Positions 37,408 to 49,684 are shown, counted from the first letter of the stretch. The stretch: 64,000 bases of DNA from Polyangiaceae bacterium (GCA_035063585.1 JAPSGB010000022.1:17071-81070); one strand, 5' to 3'. Notes: a model not told the origin generated them from the sequence alone. Numbers and translations: made by a program.

Positions 37408-38448
37408 TCACCTTGCGTAACCGAGGGTCAAGAGCAGCCGGCCAACTACGCGAGATGACGAATAAAGCGGTGACGGGTCGCCCCGCTCATCGGTGAACTC
37501 CCAGCGCTGGGCCACGAGCGGTGTGCCGAGCTGGGCGCCGACCCCCGCCCACCATGGCCCGACGAGCCGCAGTCGAGCTTCGGCGCCACCCCAGGCTCGA
37601 GCGTGGGTCGCCACGGCGTCGCTGTCGTGCATGAACCGGGAGCCGGCCAGGTACAGGCGGCCGGCCTCGGCGCCCAGGCAGTAGGCGGTATGAACGTCGG
37701 TCGCGTGTCGCCACACCGCGCACGCCGAAGCACCGACGCCCCATCCGGTGACGAAGACCCGCCCGGGCCCGAGGGTCGCCGTCTTCGGCGCGAAGAATAC
37801 GCCGTCCGCGCGCAGCATCGACCAACCTCGCGTCAGCTCGATTCCGGCCAGCGCCAGCCAGGTCGCGCCGGGCAGAGCGCCGGCGTCCACCCCTCCACCC
37901 ACGCGTGTGCCCAACTGCCAGCGCGGCGTGGTTGGCTCCGAGGGCGCTGCCGCGGGACGAGGGGCGGGGCGGGGAGGCGGGGGCTTCGGCGCCGGCGGCG
38001 GGAGCGCGGGGACGTGCAGCCTCGAGACGCGCTGCTGGTAGTCGATCATCAGCGCCACCGACAGCGGGACCGCTTCGTCCAGCGTCCTGCAGGTCGGGTC
38101 GCGGCTCTCCAGCTCGCGCTTGCCGACGAGCGTGCCGTCGGCCTTACGCAGCGTGATCCGCGCGACGCGCGCTCCCCGCTCGTTCACCACCCCCCCGTCG
38201 AGCTGGAGATCGTAAGCGTCTTGCACGAACGCTGGTCGCTGGAGCCTCACCTCGACGCCGCGAGCGAGCGCTGCCTCATCGAGGCAGTCGGCGACGCTGG
38301 TGTCGTTGCGCCAGTGAAGCCGTACGCGGATGGGACGCGCGTCCTCGGCGAGCGCCATCGCCGGCCACGACAGGCTGGCCCAGGCCGCGAGCGCCACCAT
38401 CAACCATCGCAGCTGAGGCGTGGGTGTCCTCGTCGGCTCCGCGAACAT
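37408..38448 (-). CDS. Exported protein with a C-terminal beta-strand-rich (outer-membrane-like) region, upstream of the ECF sigma
   Basis: Signal peptide, N-terminal C...C domain (REL...C..L.EA), Pro linker, alternating beta strands. ATG 38448. Confidence 0.72.
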   Translation of the reverse strand: MFAEPTRTPTPQLRWLMVALAAWASLSWPAMALAEDARPIRVRLHWRNDTSVADCLDEAALARGVEVRLQRPAFVQDAYDLQLDGGVVNERGARVARITLRKADGTLVGKRELESRDPTCRTLDEAVPLSVALMIDYQQRVSRLHVPALPPPAPKPPPPRPAPRPAAAPSEPTTPRWQLGTRVGGGVDAGALPGATWLALAGIELTRGWSMLRADGVFFAPKTATLGPGRVFVTGWGVGASACAVWRHATDVHTAYCLGAEAGRLYLAGSRFMHDSDAVATHARAWGGAEARLRLVGPWWAGVGAQLGTPLVAQRWEFTDERGDPSPLYSSSRVVGRLLLTLGYAR

Positions 38449-38796
38449 CGCGCGGAGTATAGCGGCCCTGGCTCGAGCGCCAGCCAGCTCGACGAGCAGG
38501 TAAACGGCGTGTGTCCCGGAGCGACGTGCCCCTTGGAGACTTCGCCGGCGACGCGCGCCTTGCTTGCGGGTATCGCCGGTTCGCGCCGCGAACCGGCGCG
38601 TGGTCGACGAACCGCGCGCGCCGACGTGCTCGGGCGATGCGGAGTCCGCGCGGCACGAGCCACGGGCTTCGCCGCGGCGTCTACGGAGCGTGGCAGCGCA
38701 CGTCGGGGCGAGCGCGCCCTCGTTGACGCGAGAGGCGGGGGCTCGTAGCCTTCGACTGATCCGGCGACGGCGGTCGTCCTTCAGGGGGTATCTTCG

Positions 38797-41553
38797 ATGA
38801 AGCGCGCGAGCTGGCTGACCGTCGTCTTGGTCTCGGGAGCGTCGTTCGTCGCCTGCGGAGGGTCGGATGATGCTTCGCCGGGCGAGCACGCGAGCGATGC
38901 ATCGGCCGGGGACGCCGGGCACGACGCCGTCGCGTCCGACGGGGGCGCGACCGGCGGCGCTGGTGGTGCGGCCGGAGGAGCGGGGTCTGGCGGCGCGGGA
39001 GCGGGGTCTGGCGGCGGGGCGACGGATGGCGGCGCCGACGCGACGGCCGACGGACCGAAGCCGGACTGCTCGACCGCAGCCGACTGCCCTCCGCCCGCCG
39101 ACTGTTTCGGCGCGGCCTCGTGCGTGAACGCCGAGTGCGTCTACGTGCCGCTCGTGCGCGGCGCGACCTGCGGAAGCGCCGCCGACAAGTGCCACACGCG
39201 GACCTGCGACGGCGCCGGGACGTGCCAGTCGGAGCCCGTCGTCTGCACCGCGCCGCCCGCGACCGCGGTCCCGGTGACTTGCCCCGCCGGGACCACCTTC
39301 AAGGCCGCGCTCGGCGGCGCGTGCAACACGACGTGCGACGCCGCGAGCGGCTGCGTCTACGGCACGGTCGATGTCCCGTGCCCCGATCCCGGCGCCGTGC
39401 TTCCTCAGAAGTGGGCTTACCAAGCGAAGCTGAGGAGCTACTTGAAGGCGCAGTCCCAGGCGTCGTTCGACGTGCCAGCCCCGAGCTTCACCTTCGATCC
39501 GAACGCGGCAAGCTCGGATGACGACCTCTACCGACTCTGGATCGGCGCGCACTACGACACGGAGACCGGCAACCTACCGGCCGCGTGGTTACTCACCCAG
39601 GTGCCCTCGTCGAGCTTCGTCCTCACCGCGATGGAGTCGACGACGCCGCCGAAGGTCGCGGCCGGCGCCAACGCCGCCTCCGAGGTCGTCGGCGCGCTCT
39701 TCTACGGGGACTGGAGCTACGCGGGCAACCCGTACCGTGGCGCGCCGGGGGTGCTCCGCCGCATCTTCGCGATGACCGCAGCCGATCTGATGCTGATGGA
39801 CGCTGCGCTCGCTGGTAGCGTCAACGTCGACGACGCGAGCGGCGCGCTCCCGAGCTACGGCTACGTCGGCGCGCGGATCAAGGACGAAGCGAGCATCGAC
39901 GCCTGCGTCCGGGCCGCGTACTTGGTCGGCTTGCGCCGCATCTTCGACGGGTTCGAGCCCAAGAACGTCGGCAATGGCAACGGCGACATGCTCATCGCGC
40001 AGGCGGCCGGGTACGCCTTGATGGCCGAGGCGCTCGGCGACGCCCCGACCCGCGCTCGCGCGGCGGCCAAGGCCACCGCTCAGATCGACGCCATCTGCGA
40101 TCCGGCTGGCTTTTGTACGCACCAGGGCGGCGGCTACGATCCCTTCTACGAGGGCTGGACGCAGAACCACGTCTCGGTCGCCGCGAAGGTGTCCGGCTGG
40201 CCCGCCACGGTGGCGTTCGCCCAGGCCGTGCACGCCGCCCGCGCGTACACGTCGTTGCCGCAGCCGGAGCAGGTGGGCGACCCGTGGGCGCTCGCCGAGC
40301 CCTGCCTCGGTCCGTCGGAGTTCTCGCCTGCGACGCCCTGGGGCGCGTGCGAGTTCGGCGGCGACTACCCCTACGGCCGAGACGCCCTCACCGCCGACCT
40401 CGACGACGACGCGCTCTACCTCGTCGCGGGCGGCCAGCCCGGCACTCCCGCCTTCCCGAGCGTCGCCACGATGAAGGCCGACCTCGCCAGCTCACGCGGC
40501 GTCACGCGCGCGTGGGGGTTCGCCTCGGGCGGAACCGACGAGCTGTCCAAGTGGTCGATACGGCACTACGCGCGCGGCCTCTCGGGTGGGCTCCTCTACT
40601 ACACGCCGGGCACCTACGCCGCGCGCGCGGCGAAGCTGAGCGTGAACCCCGAGCTCGCCAAGCTGCCCGTGCTCCGCGCTGCTGACTATGTGAAGGCGCT
40701 CGGGGCGACCGATGCGACGCATGCGCCTCAGCTGCTCGTCGCCAAGTTCGGCGGCGCCGACCCTTACTCGCTCGTCCTCCACACCGGCTTCATCGATACC
40801 CAGTACGCCGGCGCCGGGACCGGCGGCGGGCAGCTCGCCGCGTTCTGGGGCAAAGAGCAGGGCGCGGCGCTCCTCGGGTGGAACATCGGACGCAACTACA
40901 CCTTCGGGCAGTCGAGCCCGGTCGAGTGGCTCGACTGGTCCAACTGGACGAAGTGGACCGCGCACGTCGTGAGCGGCCGCTCCGGCACGAAGATCTTCAG
41001 CTCCGGTCGCCTGCACGCGCCGACCGCTTCCTATGACCTCGGCACGCCCGGGGTCGCGGTCGTGACGGTGTCGGGTGATCTGCAGAACCCACCCGCGGCA
41101 GAGTCGGCGCTCTCCGGCCACGTGCTCTACTCGCGTACCTTCCATGTGAGCGCGGCCGGGGTCACGGTGGACACGAGCGTCGCCCCCTCGGGGGCCGCGC
41201 CCGCGATCGACGAGCTCTACGAGACGTTTCCGATCTTCATGCGTTTTGCTGGCGAGCAGCAGTCTGCGTCGATGATCACCTTCCGCGTTCGGGGGGCGGG
41301 CGCGTTCGCCGCCGCGCCGGCCCTGGGCACCGAGCGAGCGGACGTGGACGCGGTCCGCATCACCCGCTACGGCCGCACCGTGGAGCTCGTCTTCTCGAGC
41401 GGTCATCCGATGAAGCTGGTCGCGGCCGACACGCCGCTCCCGTCGAACCTCGCCTCGCTCGGCTACACGAGCCAAGTCCTGCTCGTGAACCTGGGCGCGA
41501 GCGGCGGCCCGCTGACGCCCGTGAGCACGCACTACACCGTGCGGTACTTGTGA
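38797..41553 (+). CDS. Large lipoprotein: Gly-rich linker, Cys-rich repeats and an unassigned ~700-aa globular domain
   Basis: Lipobox FVAC, GGA linker, Cys-rich segment, then a helical region followed by a beta-rich region. Long ORF with normal GC3 bias. Confidence 0.82.
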   Translation: MKRASWLTVVLVSGASFVACGGSDDASPGEHASDASAGDAGHDAVASDGGATGGAGGAAGGAGSGGAGAGSGGGATDGGADATADGPKPDCSTAADCPPPADCFGAASCVNAECVYVPLVRGATCGSAADKCHTRTCDGAGTCQSEPVVCTAPPATAVPVTCPAGTTFKAALGGACNTTCDAASGCVYGTVDVPCPDPGAVLPQKWAYQAKLRSYLKAQSQASFDVPAPSFTFDPNAASSDDDLYRLWIGAHYDTETGNLPAAWLLTQVPSSSFVLTAMESTTPPKVAAGANAASEVVGALFYGDWSYAGNPYRGAPGVLRRIFAMTAADLMLMDAALAGSVNVDDASGALPSYGYVGARIKDEASIDACVRAAYLVGLRRIFDGFEPKNVGNGNGDMLIAQAAGYALMAEALGDAPTRARAAAKATAQIDAICDPAGFCTHQGGGYDPFYEGWTQNHVSVAAKVSGWPATVAFAQAVHAARAYTSLPQPEQVGDPWALAEPCLGPSEFSPATPWGACEFGGDYPYGRDALTADLDDDALYLVAGGQPGTPAFPSVATMKADLASSRGVTRAWGFASGGTDELSKWSIRHYARGLSGGLLYYTPGTYAARAAKLSVNPELAKLPVLRAADYVKALGATDATHAPQLLVAKFGGADPYSLVLHTGFIDTQYAGAGTGGGQLAAFWGKEQGAALLGWNIGRNYTFGQSSPVEWLDWSNWTKWTAHVVSGRSGTKIFSSGRLHAPTASYDLGTPGVAVVTVSGDLQNPPAAESALSGHVLYSRTFHVSAAGVTVDTSVAPSGAAPAIDELYETFPIFMRFAGEQQSASMITFRVRGAGAFAAAPALGTERADVDAVRITRYGRTVELVFSSGHPMKLVAADTPLPSNLASLGYTSQVLLVNLGASGGPLTPVSTHYTVRYL

Positions 41554-41613
41554 TGCATGGCTAGCGCGCTCGGCGCGCTAGCTGCGCGCGCCCGGCCGTG
41601 CTTCACTGGGGAG

Positions 41614-42339
41614 ATGAGCGTACTTCGCGTCACCTTGGTGTTCGCGCTCTCCGCGCTCTCCGGCTGCGGCGGAAACACCACGTCGGGCGGCGGCGCCGGG
41701 GGCACCAGCGGGGCCGCTGGCACCGGGAGCACCAGCGGGGGAGGCGGCAGCGGGGGAGGCGGCGCCCGCGCGTGCACGACGGACCAGGACTGCCCGGACC
41801 ACGGCGTGTGCGGTTACCCGAGCGCCGCCGCCTGCGTCGCGAAGGGGACCTGCTTCCCAGCGCCCGGGGCCGTCTGCGAGGCGTTCTCGCCGGGCTGCGC
41901 GTGCGACGGCTCCACGATCAACATGATCTGCACGGGGCTCCCCGAGGGATATGTGTCGAGCCCGCTCGCGTACGCCGGCCCGTGCGAGGACGCGGACGCA
42001 GGCTGCACGTCCGGGAGCTGTCTATCCACGACGCCATGCACGTGGGACACGGACTGCGCGGCTCTCGGCTCGACGTGCGACCCTTGCGCGAAGCGGTGCG
42101 GTTGCGCCAGCACCGCGAGTACGTTCGCCTGCGGCAGCGAGCTGTCGTGCGATTCGGCGACGCAGTACTGCAGCATCGCGTCCGGCGGCCCCTGCTGCAA
42201 TCCGCCCAGGTACTCCTGCGAGCCGGTCCCGGCCGCCTGTAAGAACGACGTGACGTGCGGCTGCATCGAGGCCGAGGTCGGCGCGCAAGAATGCTCGGAC
42301 TCCGGCCGCGGGGTGACCGTACATTTTCTCTATCCATGA
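41614..42339 (+). CDS. Cys-rich lipoprotein (Kazal-like CACDG segment)
   Basis: GGGGAG RBS, lipobox LSGC, Gly linker, dense Cys, terminal YP. Confidence 0.8.
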   Translation: MSVLRVTLVFALSALSGCGGNTTSGGGAGGTSGAAGTGSTSGGGGSGGGGARACTTDQDCPDHGVCGYPSAAACVAKGTCFPAPGAVCEAFSPGCACDGSTINMICTGLPEGYVSSPLAYAGPCEDADAGCTSGSCLSTTPCTWDTDCAALGSTCDPCAKRCGCASTASTFACGSELSCDSATQYCSIASGGPCCNPPRYSCEPVPAACKNDVTCGCIEAEVGAQECSDSGRGVTVHFLYP

Positions 42340-42402
42340 GCGGCGCGCCGACGCGGTGAGCGGTCCTGGTTCATCGCGGCTCGAGTGGCGCTCGCCGGCT
42401 CG

Positions 42403-42426
42403 CGCCGCCGGCCGCGTCGGACCGGC
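42403..42426 (+). repeat. REP-like hairpin repeat copy (type B, one mismatch)
   Basis: CGCCGCCGGCCGCGTCGGACCGGC, intergenic before the atp genes. Confidence 0.65.
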
Positions 42427-42724
42427 GAGGCGGCCGGGGCTACGGCCCCCGGCGCATGAACCGGCGGCGGCCGGCCGGGGACGGCGATCCCCGCCGGTTC
42501 TCGCCGAGGTCCGGCCGGAAGGGCGCCCGAGATCGCGCGAGCTCCCCGTGGTGCTCGCGCCCGAGCGGTGCCGCGCGCGTCGACGCACGGCGTCGTACGG
42601 CTAGACACCCCTCGCCCAAGGTGGTACGAGCGCGCGCGCCGCTGCCCTCGGGTGCCCGGGATTCGTCCCGAAGCGGTCGGCGCGCTCCTCTCCATCGCAC
42701 GCCCGGCTCTCTTCTAGGTGACCC

Positions 42725-43225
42725 ATGCTGACCACCGGATTTTGCGCCACGACCGCCACGAGCTCGCCGCTGCTCGCGATGGCCGGCGGCGGCGTGAACA
42801 TCGACTTCGACCGCACCTTCTTGGTGCAGATGGTCCTCTTCATCACGCTGGTGGTGGTGCTGAAGCCGCTGCTCTTCGATCCCATCTTGAAGGTGTTCGA
42901 GCTGCGCGAGGAGCGCACCGACGGCGCGCGTAAGTCCGCGCGCGAGATGCAGGAGAAGGCCGGCGAGCTCCTCCAGCGCTACGAGCGCGAGATCGAGCGA
43001 GTGAACCAGGTCGCGGCCGTGGAGCGCGAGAAGCTCCGCACCGAGACCGCCAAGCTCGAGGCCGAGATCCTCGCCGAGGCGCGCGAGGCCACGGGGAAGA
43101 TCATCGAGGAGGGTCGGGCGAAGATCGACAAGGAGGTGAGCTCGATTCGCTTCGACCTCGGGCGTCAGTCGGAGCGCGTCGCGCGCGAGCTCGCCGTGCG
43201 GGTGCTCGGCCGGGAGGTGCAGTGA
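42725..43225 (+). CDS. atpF: ATP synthase F0 subunit b'
   Basis: D.TFLVQMVLF..L..LLFDP.L...RE TM plus coiled coil, operon context. Confidence 0.88.
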   Translation: MLTTGFCATTATSSPLLAMAGGGVNIDFDRTFLVQMVLFITLVVVLKPLLFDPILKVFELREERTDGARKSAREMQEKAGELLQRYEREIERVNQVAAVEREKLRTETAKLEAEILAEAREATGKIIEEGRAKIDKEVSSIRFDLGRQSERVARELAVRVLGREVQ

Positions 43226-43929
43226 TGCGTCGCGTCGCCCCGCGCGTCGTGCGCTCGCTCTTCGCGCTCGCCGTGATCTTCGCCTTCGCCGCGCCCGTGC
43301 TCGCCGCCGAGGGTGGGGGCGAGCACGCCGCGAGCGGCGAGCATCACGAGGGGATCAACTGGTACTACGGGATGCTCGCCGAGTCGGCGGACGTGACCGA
43401 GCCGAACCTGCTCTTTCGCCCGAAGGGGATGGCGGCGCCGGTCGGCGCGATGCTGCTGAACTCCGGCATCCTCATCTTCGGCGTGATCTACCTGGCACGG
43501 AAGCCGCTCGCCGACGCGCTCCGCAAGCGGCGCCAGTCGATCATGCACGGCATCGAGGACGCGGCGCGCATGAAGGACGAGGCTGCGGCGCGGCTCGCGG
43601 AGTTCGAGAAGAAGCTCCAGCACCTCGACGACGACATCGAGCGCGTGAAGCGCGAGATGCGCGAGGCCGGCGAGACGGAGCGAGCCCGGATCCTCGCCGA
43701 CGCGAAGGAGCGGCGCGCACGAATGGAGCGCGACGCGCGCGCCCTCATCGAGCAGGAGCTCAAGGCAGCCCGCGAGTTGCTGCTCGCCGAGACGGTGCGC
43801 GGCGCGGTGAAGACCGCCGAGGAGCTGCTCACCAAGCAGATCGTGGCGGCCGACCAGCAGCGGCTCGCCGACGAGTACTTGGCGTCACTGAAGACCGTCC
43901 AGCTCGGCGGTCCGGGAGGCAAAGCGTGA
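43222..43929 (+). CDS. atpF: ATP synthase F0 subunit b with N-terminal extension
   Basis: N..IL...Y.ARKPL...L..R...I TM plus coiled coil, DQQRL..EYL. Confidence 0.88.
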   Translation: MMRRVAPRVVRSLFALAVIFAFAAPVLAAEGGGEHAASGEHHEGINWYYGMLAESADVTEPNLLFRPKGMAAPVGAMLLNSGILIFGVIYLARKPLADALRKRRQSIMHGIEDAARMKDEAAARLAEFEKKLQHLDDDIERVKREMREAGETERARILADAKERRARMERDARALIEQELKAARELLLAETVRGAVKTAEELLTKQIVAADQQRLADEYLASLKTVQLGGPGGKA

Positions 43930-44471
43930 AACCGTCGTCCGTGGTCGCCGAGCGCTACGCGCGCGCCATCTTCGAGCTCGCCATCGAGCAGAACCAACTG
44001 AAGCCGATCACCGAGCAGATCGGGGCCATCGCCGAGGTCTACGGAGCGAGCCGCGATCTCCGCGCGGTGCTCGACAACCCCCTGGTCACCGAGGACAAGC
44101 GCGAGGCCCTGCTCGTCGAGCTGGGCAAGCGGCTCGGGCTCGGCGAGACGGCGCTGAACGCGCTCCGCCTCATCGCGCGGCGCCGCCGGCTCGGCTCGCT
44201 CGCCATGATCGCGGCCCGGCTCGGCACCCTCGCCGACGAGCGCGCGGGCATCGTGCGTGCCACCGTGTCGAGCGCGGCGCCCCTCTCCGAGGCGTTCTAC
44301 CAGAAGCTCGCCGCCGAGCTCGAGCGCGCCACCTCCCGCAAGATCGTGCTCCAGAAAGAGGTCGATCCCTCGCTCATCGCTGGTGTCGTCACGCGCATCG
44401 GCGACAACACCATCGACGGAAGCGTCAAGGGCCGGCTCGCCACCCTCGAACGCCAGCTCCTTTCAGCCTGA
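43926..44471 (+). CDS. atpH: ATP synthase F1 subunit delta
   Basis: [11 protein letters not shown] and [26 protein letters not shown] motifs. Confidence 0.95.
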   Translation: MKPSSVVAERYARAIFELAIEQNQLKPITEQIGAIAEVYGASRDLRAVLDNPLVTEDKREALLVELGKRLGLGETALNALRLIARRRRLGSLAMIAARLGTLADERAGIVRATVSSAAPLSEAFYQKLAAELERATSRKIVLQKEVDPSLIAGVVTRIGDNTIDGSVKGRLATLERQLLSA

Positions 44472-44497
44472 CTGGCTCCCCTACGAGAGAAAGCAAC

Positions 44498-46174
<1,677 letters not shown>

Positions 46175-46177
46175 GCC

Positions 46178-47122
46178 TTGGCGAACCTCAAGGCCATTCG
46201 CAAGCGGATCTCCAGCGTCAAGTCGACGCAGAAGATCACGCGCGCGATGAAGATGGTCGCGGGCGCTCGGCTGAACCGCGCGCAGCAGCGCATCACCGCG
46301 CTCCGCCCCTACGCGGTAGACACCGCCAAGGTGCTCGCCACGGTGGTCGCGGCCTCACCCGCGCAGGGGTCGTCCGAGGGCGCGCTCGACGACGCGGGCG
46401 CGCATCCGCTGCTCGCCGAGCGCGAGGAGAAGAACGTCCTCCTCTTGGTCGTCACCAGCGATCGCGGGCTCTGCGGCGCCTTCAACACCAACATCAACAA
46501 GGCGGCCGAGCGACTCTGGCGCGAGAAGGAAGCCGAGGGGAAGGTCGTCCAGCTCGCGACCATCGGCCGCAAGGGCCGCGACTACTTTCGCCGCCGGAAC
46601 GCGCCCATATTTCACGTGTTCTCCGAGGTGTGGGACGACCTCGGGATGGACAAGGCGCGGCTCGTCGCGCGCGCCATCTTGAAGCCGTTCTTGGCTCGCG
46701 AGATCGACGCGATCTACGTCGTTTACAACGAGTTCAAGAGCGCAATGAGCCAGCGCGTGGTGGCCGAGCCGCTCCTGCCCGTCGAACGCGCGATGGCCGC
46801 CACCGAGCAAGCATCGGGGGAGGAGCGCTCGCCGCTCACCGACCCGAACCAGGCGACTCCGCTCGAGTTCGTCTTCGAGCCGAGCAAGGACGCGCTCTTC
46901 GAGCGGCTCGTCCCGATGTACATCGAGATCACCATCCTCCGCGCGCTCTACGAGTCGATGGCCTCCGAGCTCGGCGCCCGCATGACCGCGATGGATTCCG
47001 CCACCAAGAACGCATCGGACATGATCGAGCGGCTCACCCTCGTTTACAACCGCGCGCGCCAGGCGGCGATCACCACCGAGCTCATGGAGATCATCGGAGG
47101 CGCCGAGGCGCTCTCCGAGTAG
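46178..47122 (+). CDS. atpG: ATP synthase F1 subunit gamma
   Basis: KITRAMKMVA, SDRGLCGAFN, ASELGARMTAM and RQAAITTELMEIIGGA motifs. TTG start. Confidence 0.97.
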   Translation: MANLKAIRKRISSVKSTQKITRAMKMVAGARLNRAQQRITALRPYAVDTAKVLATVVAASPAQGSSEGALDDAGAHPLLAEREEKNVLLLVVTSDRGLCGAFNTNINKAAERLWREKEAEGKVVQLATIGRKGRDYFRRRNAPIFHVFSEVWDDLGMDKARLVARAILKPFLAREIDAIYVVYNEFKSAMSQRVVAEPLLPVERAMAATEQASGEERSPLTDPNQATPLEFVFEPSKDALFERLVPMYIEITILRALYESMASELGARMTAMDSATKNASDMIERLTLVYNRARQAAITTELMEIIGGAEALSE

Positions 47123-47136
47123 CCGCCCTACTCGTC

Positions 47137-47904
47137 ATGGCCAAGAAGCCCTCGCGCCAGTCCCGGAAGCACCAGCGGGAGCGGAGCGTCCGGGCGAGAG
47201 CGCACGGGTTGCCCGCCAAGGAGCTGGCCCCGCCGCCGTCGAAGCCGGCGAAGGCGCAAGCTTCCGGGGTGAGGGTCGGTGCGGCGCGGAACCGAGCGCG
47301 GCCCGCCCACGCGGACGCGGAGGATTCGCCCCGCTCGAGCGACGCGCCGGCCGGGCGCTCCCGGTCGCTCGGCGCGAAGCTTCGCGCGCTCCCGGTGGGA
47401 GTGAAGCTCGCGTTCGGCGCGGCCGTGCTGCTCGCGATCGTCGCGGCGGTCGCGAACCTCCGTGAGATGAGCGGGCCGCCCGCGCCGGCGGCGAGCGCAG
47501 CGCCGGCGATCGCGTCCGAGTTGCCCACCGACGTCCCGGCGGAGCTGCCGCTCCCCGCGATGCCGTCGCCCGAGCCGGCGCCGGAAGCGGTCCCCGCGCC
47601 CGCCGCGTCGCCCGCGCCGCCGAGCGCGCCGGTGCCTGCCGCGGAGCCCGCGCCGCCGGCACCACAGGGCGAGCCGGTCCCGCGGCCATCCGCCGCGCCG
47701 CCGCCCGCAGCGCCCAAGCCGCCCGCGCCGCCCAAGCCCGCGCCGCCCAAGCCTGCGCCGACCGAGCCCCCGACGAGCATGACCGGCGCGGCGCCGCCGA
47801 AGCCCGCGCTGCCGGCGACCTCACCGCCGCCGGCCGAGCCGCTCCGACCCGCGGCGCCGAAGCCGCCCGCGCCTCCGCCGGCGCAGCCGGACAACCCGTA
47901 CTGA
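47137..47904 (+). CDS. Pro-rich single-pass membrane protein
   Basis: ATG 15 bp after atpG. Basic N-terminus, TM helix, long Pro/Ala tail ending DNPY. Confidence 0.7.
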   Translation: MAKKPSRQSRKHQRERSVRARAHGLPAKELAPPPSKPAKAQASGVRVGAARNRARPAHADAEDSPRSSDAPAGRSRSLGAKLRALPVGVKLAFGAAVLLAIVAAVANLREMSGPPAPAASAAPAIASELPTDVPAELPLPAMPSPEPAPEAVPAPAASPAPPSAPVPAAEPAPPAPQGEPVPRPSAAPPPAAPKPPAPPKPAPPKPAPTEPPTSMTGAAPPKPALPATSPPPAEPLRPAAPKPPAPPPAQPDNPY

Positions 47905-47983
47905 GCCGAGCGCGCTCACGCTTACACGCGCGAGCGCCCCTCCGGCCACGCCGCGCCGATGGCGGCGCGCCAGCGCGCTCAGG

Positions 47984-48244
47984 TCAGGCGTGCGACTCTT
48001 GCTCTTCCGTCTCTTCGAGGTGGAGCGCGCCGTCGTCGAGCGCCGGAGGCGCGGCGGACGCGGTGAGCGCGCGCTGGCGCTTCTTCTTGCGCGGGGGCGG
48101 CTCGTCGGCGTTCGAAATACCTGCCTTGAAGGCGCGGATCCCCTTGCCGAGGTCGCCGCCGAGCGACGCGAGCTTCTGCGGCCCGAAGAAGATCAAGACG
48201 ACCACCAGCACGACCAGGATGTGGACCAGGCTGAACTCACCCAT
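47984..48244 (-). CDS. tatA: Twin-arginine translocase TatA/E subunit
   Basis: MGEFSLVHILVVLVVVLIFFGPQKLASLGGDLGKGIRAFK. Confidence 0.92.
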   Translation of the reverse strand: MGEFSLVHILVVLVVVLIFFGPQKLASLGGDLGKGIRAFKAGISNADEPPPRKKKRQRALTASAAPPALDDGALHLEETEEQESHA

Positions 48245-48310
48245 GGGTACGCGCCGAGGCTAGCACTACTCGACGACGCGCGTGAGCCGACGCGCTCCGG
48301 CCTCGCACCG

Positions 48311-48334
48311 CGCCGCCGGCCGCGCCGGACCGGC
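48311..48334 (+). repeat. REP-like hairpin repeat copy (type B)
   Basis: CGCCGCCGGCCGCGCCGGACCGGC between divergent genes. Confidence 0.72.
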
Positions 48335-48397
48335 AGGCCCCGGGGGAGCTGGCGGGGGCTCGCGGTCGTGTTATGGGCCCGCCGAGAGGAGACCGTC

Positions 48398-49669
48398 ATG
48401 CGTGCTTCCGCTCTCGCGTTGCGTTTTGCAATGTTCGCGTCGTGGCTCGTGCTTCAGTCGGGCTGCAAGGGTGAGGGCGGAGCCGGCGCGGCGCCGACCG
48501 AGTCCGCGGCGTCGAGCGCGTCGGCTGCGGCGTCGGCGAGCCCGCTCGCGGCGCTCGCGGCGGACGCCTCCGCGCCGCTCACGGTCGAGGCGCTCGACGC
48601 GGCGCTGGTCGCGCTCGCGAGCTGTACGGTGGACGACCGCAGGATCGAGCAGCGCTGTCCCGCCTATCAGAGCTTCGTCGAGGCGCGTCGTCATCCGCCC
48701 GCCGAGCGCGATCCCGGCGCGATGTTCGCGAAGATCGGCGCGAACCACCTCGCGGACCCTTCGCCCGCGGTGCGGCTCGCCGCGGTCGAGCTCATCGGAG
48801 CGCGCGCAGACCCCACGACGCTCGCGCGCGTGATCGCGGCCGCGCGGAAGGAGCAGACGCAGGGCGTAAAGCTCGCGATGCTCCGCGTGGTTGGCCAGCG
48901 GCCGAACGCGTCGCCGGAGGTGTCGAAGCTGCTCCTCGAGCTCGCGAACGCGCCCGAGCCGCTCGTGCGGATGGAAGCGATGGGCTACCTGCTGGCGCCC
49001 GCGATGAGCGGCGCGGCGAGCGCGTTCGAGGTGGTCCTCGACAAGGTGGACCATGATCCGTCGCTCGAGGTGCGAAAATACCTCTGCACGCGGCTCTACC
49101 GGAGCGGGGACGAGCGCGCGATGGGCGTGTTCGAGAAGTACCTGAAGGACGCAGCCGCGCCCCCCGAGCTCCATGACGGCTGCCTGCGCGGCCTCTTCAG
49201 CGCGTGGACGGGCTACCCCGCTCCCGAGAAGCCGCTCGAGCGCGCTTACGCGCTGACGCTCGCGATGCTCCGCGCGACGCCGCGCTCCGCCACGCGCCCG
49301 CCGTGGTCGGCGCTCTCCCTGCTCCGCGCGGCGCGCACCGACTTCCCGCCCACCGATCGCGCGAGCTCCGCGTGGTACGAGAAGGTGAAGGGCTGGTACC
49401 GTCCGCGCGCGCTCGTCAGCGCGCTCGCCGCGGTCGCGACCGACAAGCGCGCGCACTCGCTCGCGCGCATGAGCGCGCTCGACGTGATGAAGGCGCTCGG
49501 CGCGACTCCCGCGGACTTCAAGGCTGTGCTCGCGAAGTACGCGCGTGCCGAGGGCGATGACTTGAGGGTCAAGCACCGCGCGGAGCTGCTCGCGCGTCCC
49601 TCCAAGTCGCGGGCGCCGGCGGCGCGTCCGCTCGCCCGGCCGCCGCAGCGCGGCGCGCCGCCGCGCTGA
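48398..49669 (+). CDS. HEAT-repeat lipoprotein
   Basis: AGGAG RBS, ATG 48398, lipobox QSGC, D.SP.VR.AA..LG HEAT-like repeats. Confidence 0.75.
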   Translation: MRASALALRFAMFASWLVLQSGCKGEGGAGAAPTESAASSASAAASASPLAALAADASAPLTVEALDAALVALASCTVDDRRIEQRCPAYQSFVEARRHPPAERDPGAMFAKIGANHLADPSPAVRLAAVELIGARADPTTLARVIAAARKEQTQGVKLAMLRVVGQRPNASPEVSKLLLELANAPEPLVRMEAMGYLLAPAMSGAASAFEVVLDKVDHDPSLEVRKYLCTRLYRSGDERAMGVFEKYLKDAAAPPELHDGCLRGLFSAWTGYPAPEKPLERAYALTLAMLRATPRSATRPPWSALSLLRAARTDFPPTDRASSAWYEKVKGWYRPRALVSALAAVATDKRAHSLARMSALDVMKALGATPADFKAVLAKYARAEGDDLRVKHRAELLARPSKSRAPAARPLARPPQRGAPPR

Positions 49670-49684
49670 GCGTCGCGGAGGGGC

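Noticed and set aside
38449..39552. Extension of the 714-aa minus-strand ORF
   Set aside because: Overlaps the plus-strand lipoprotein. The signal peptide starts near 38448.
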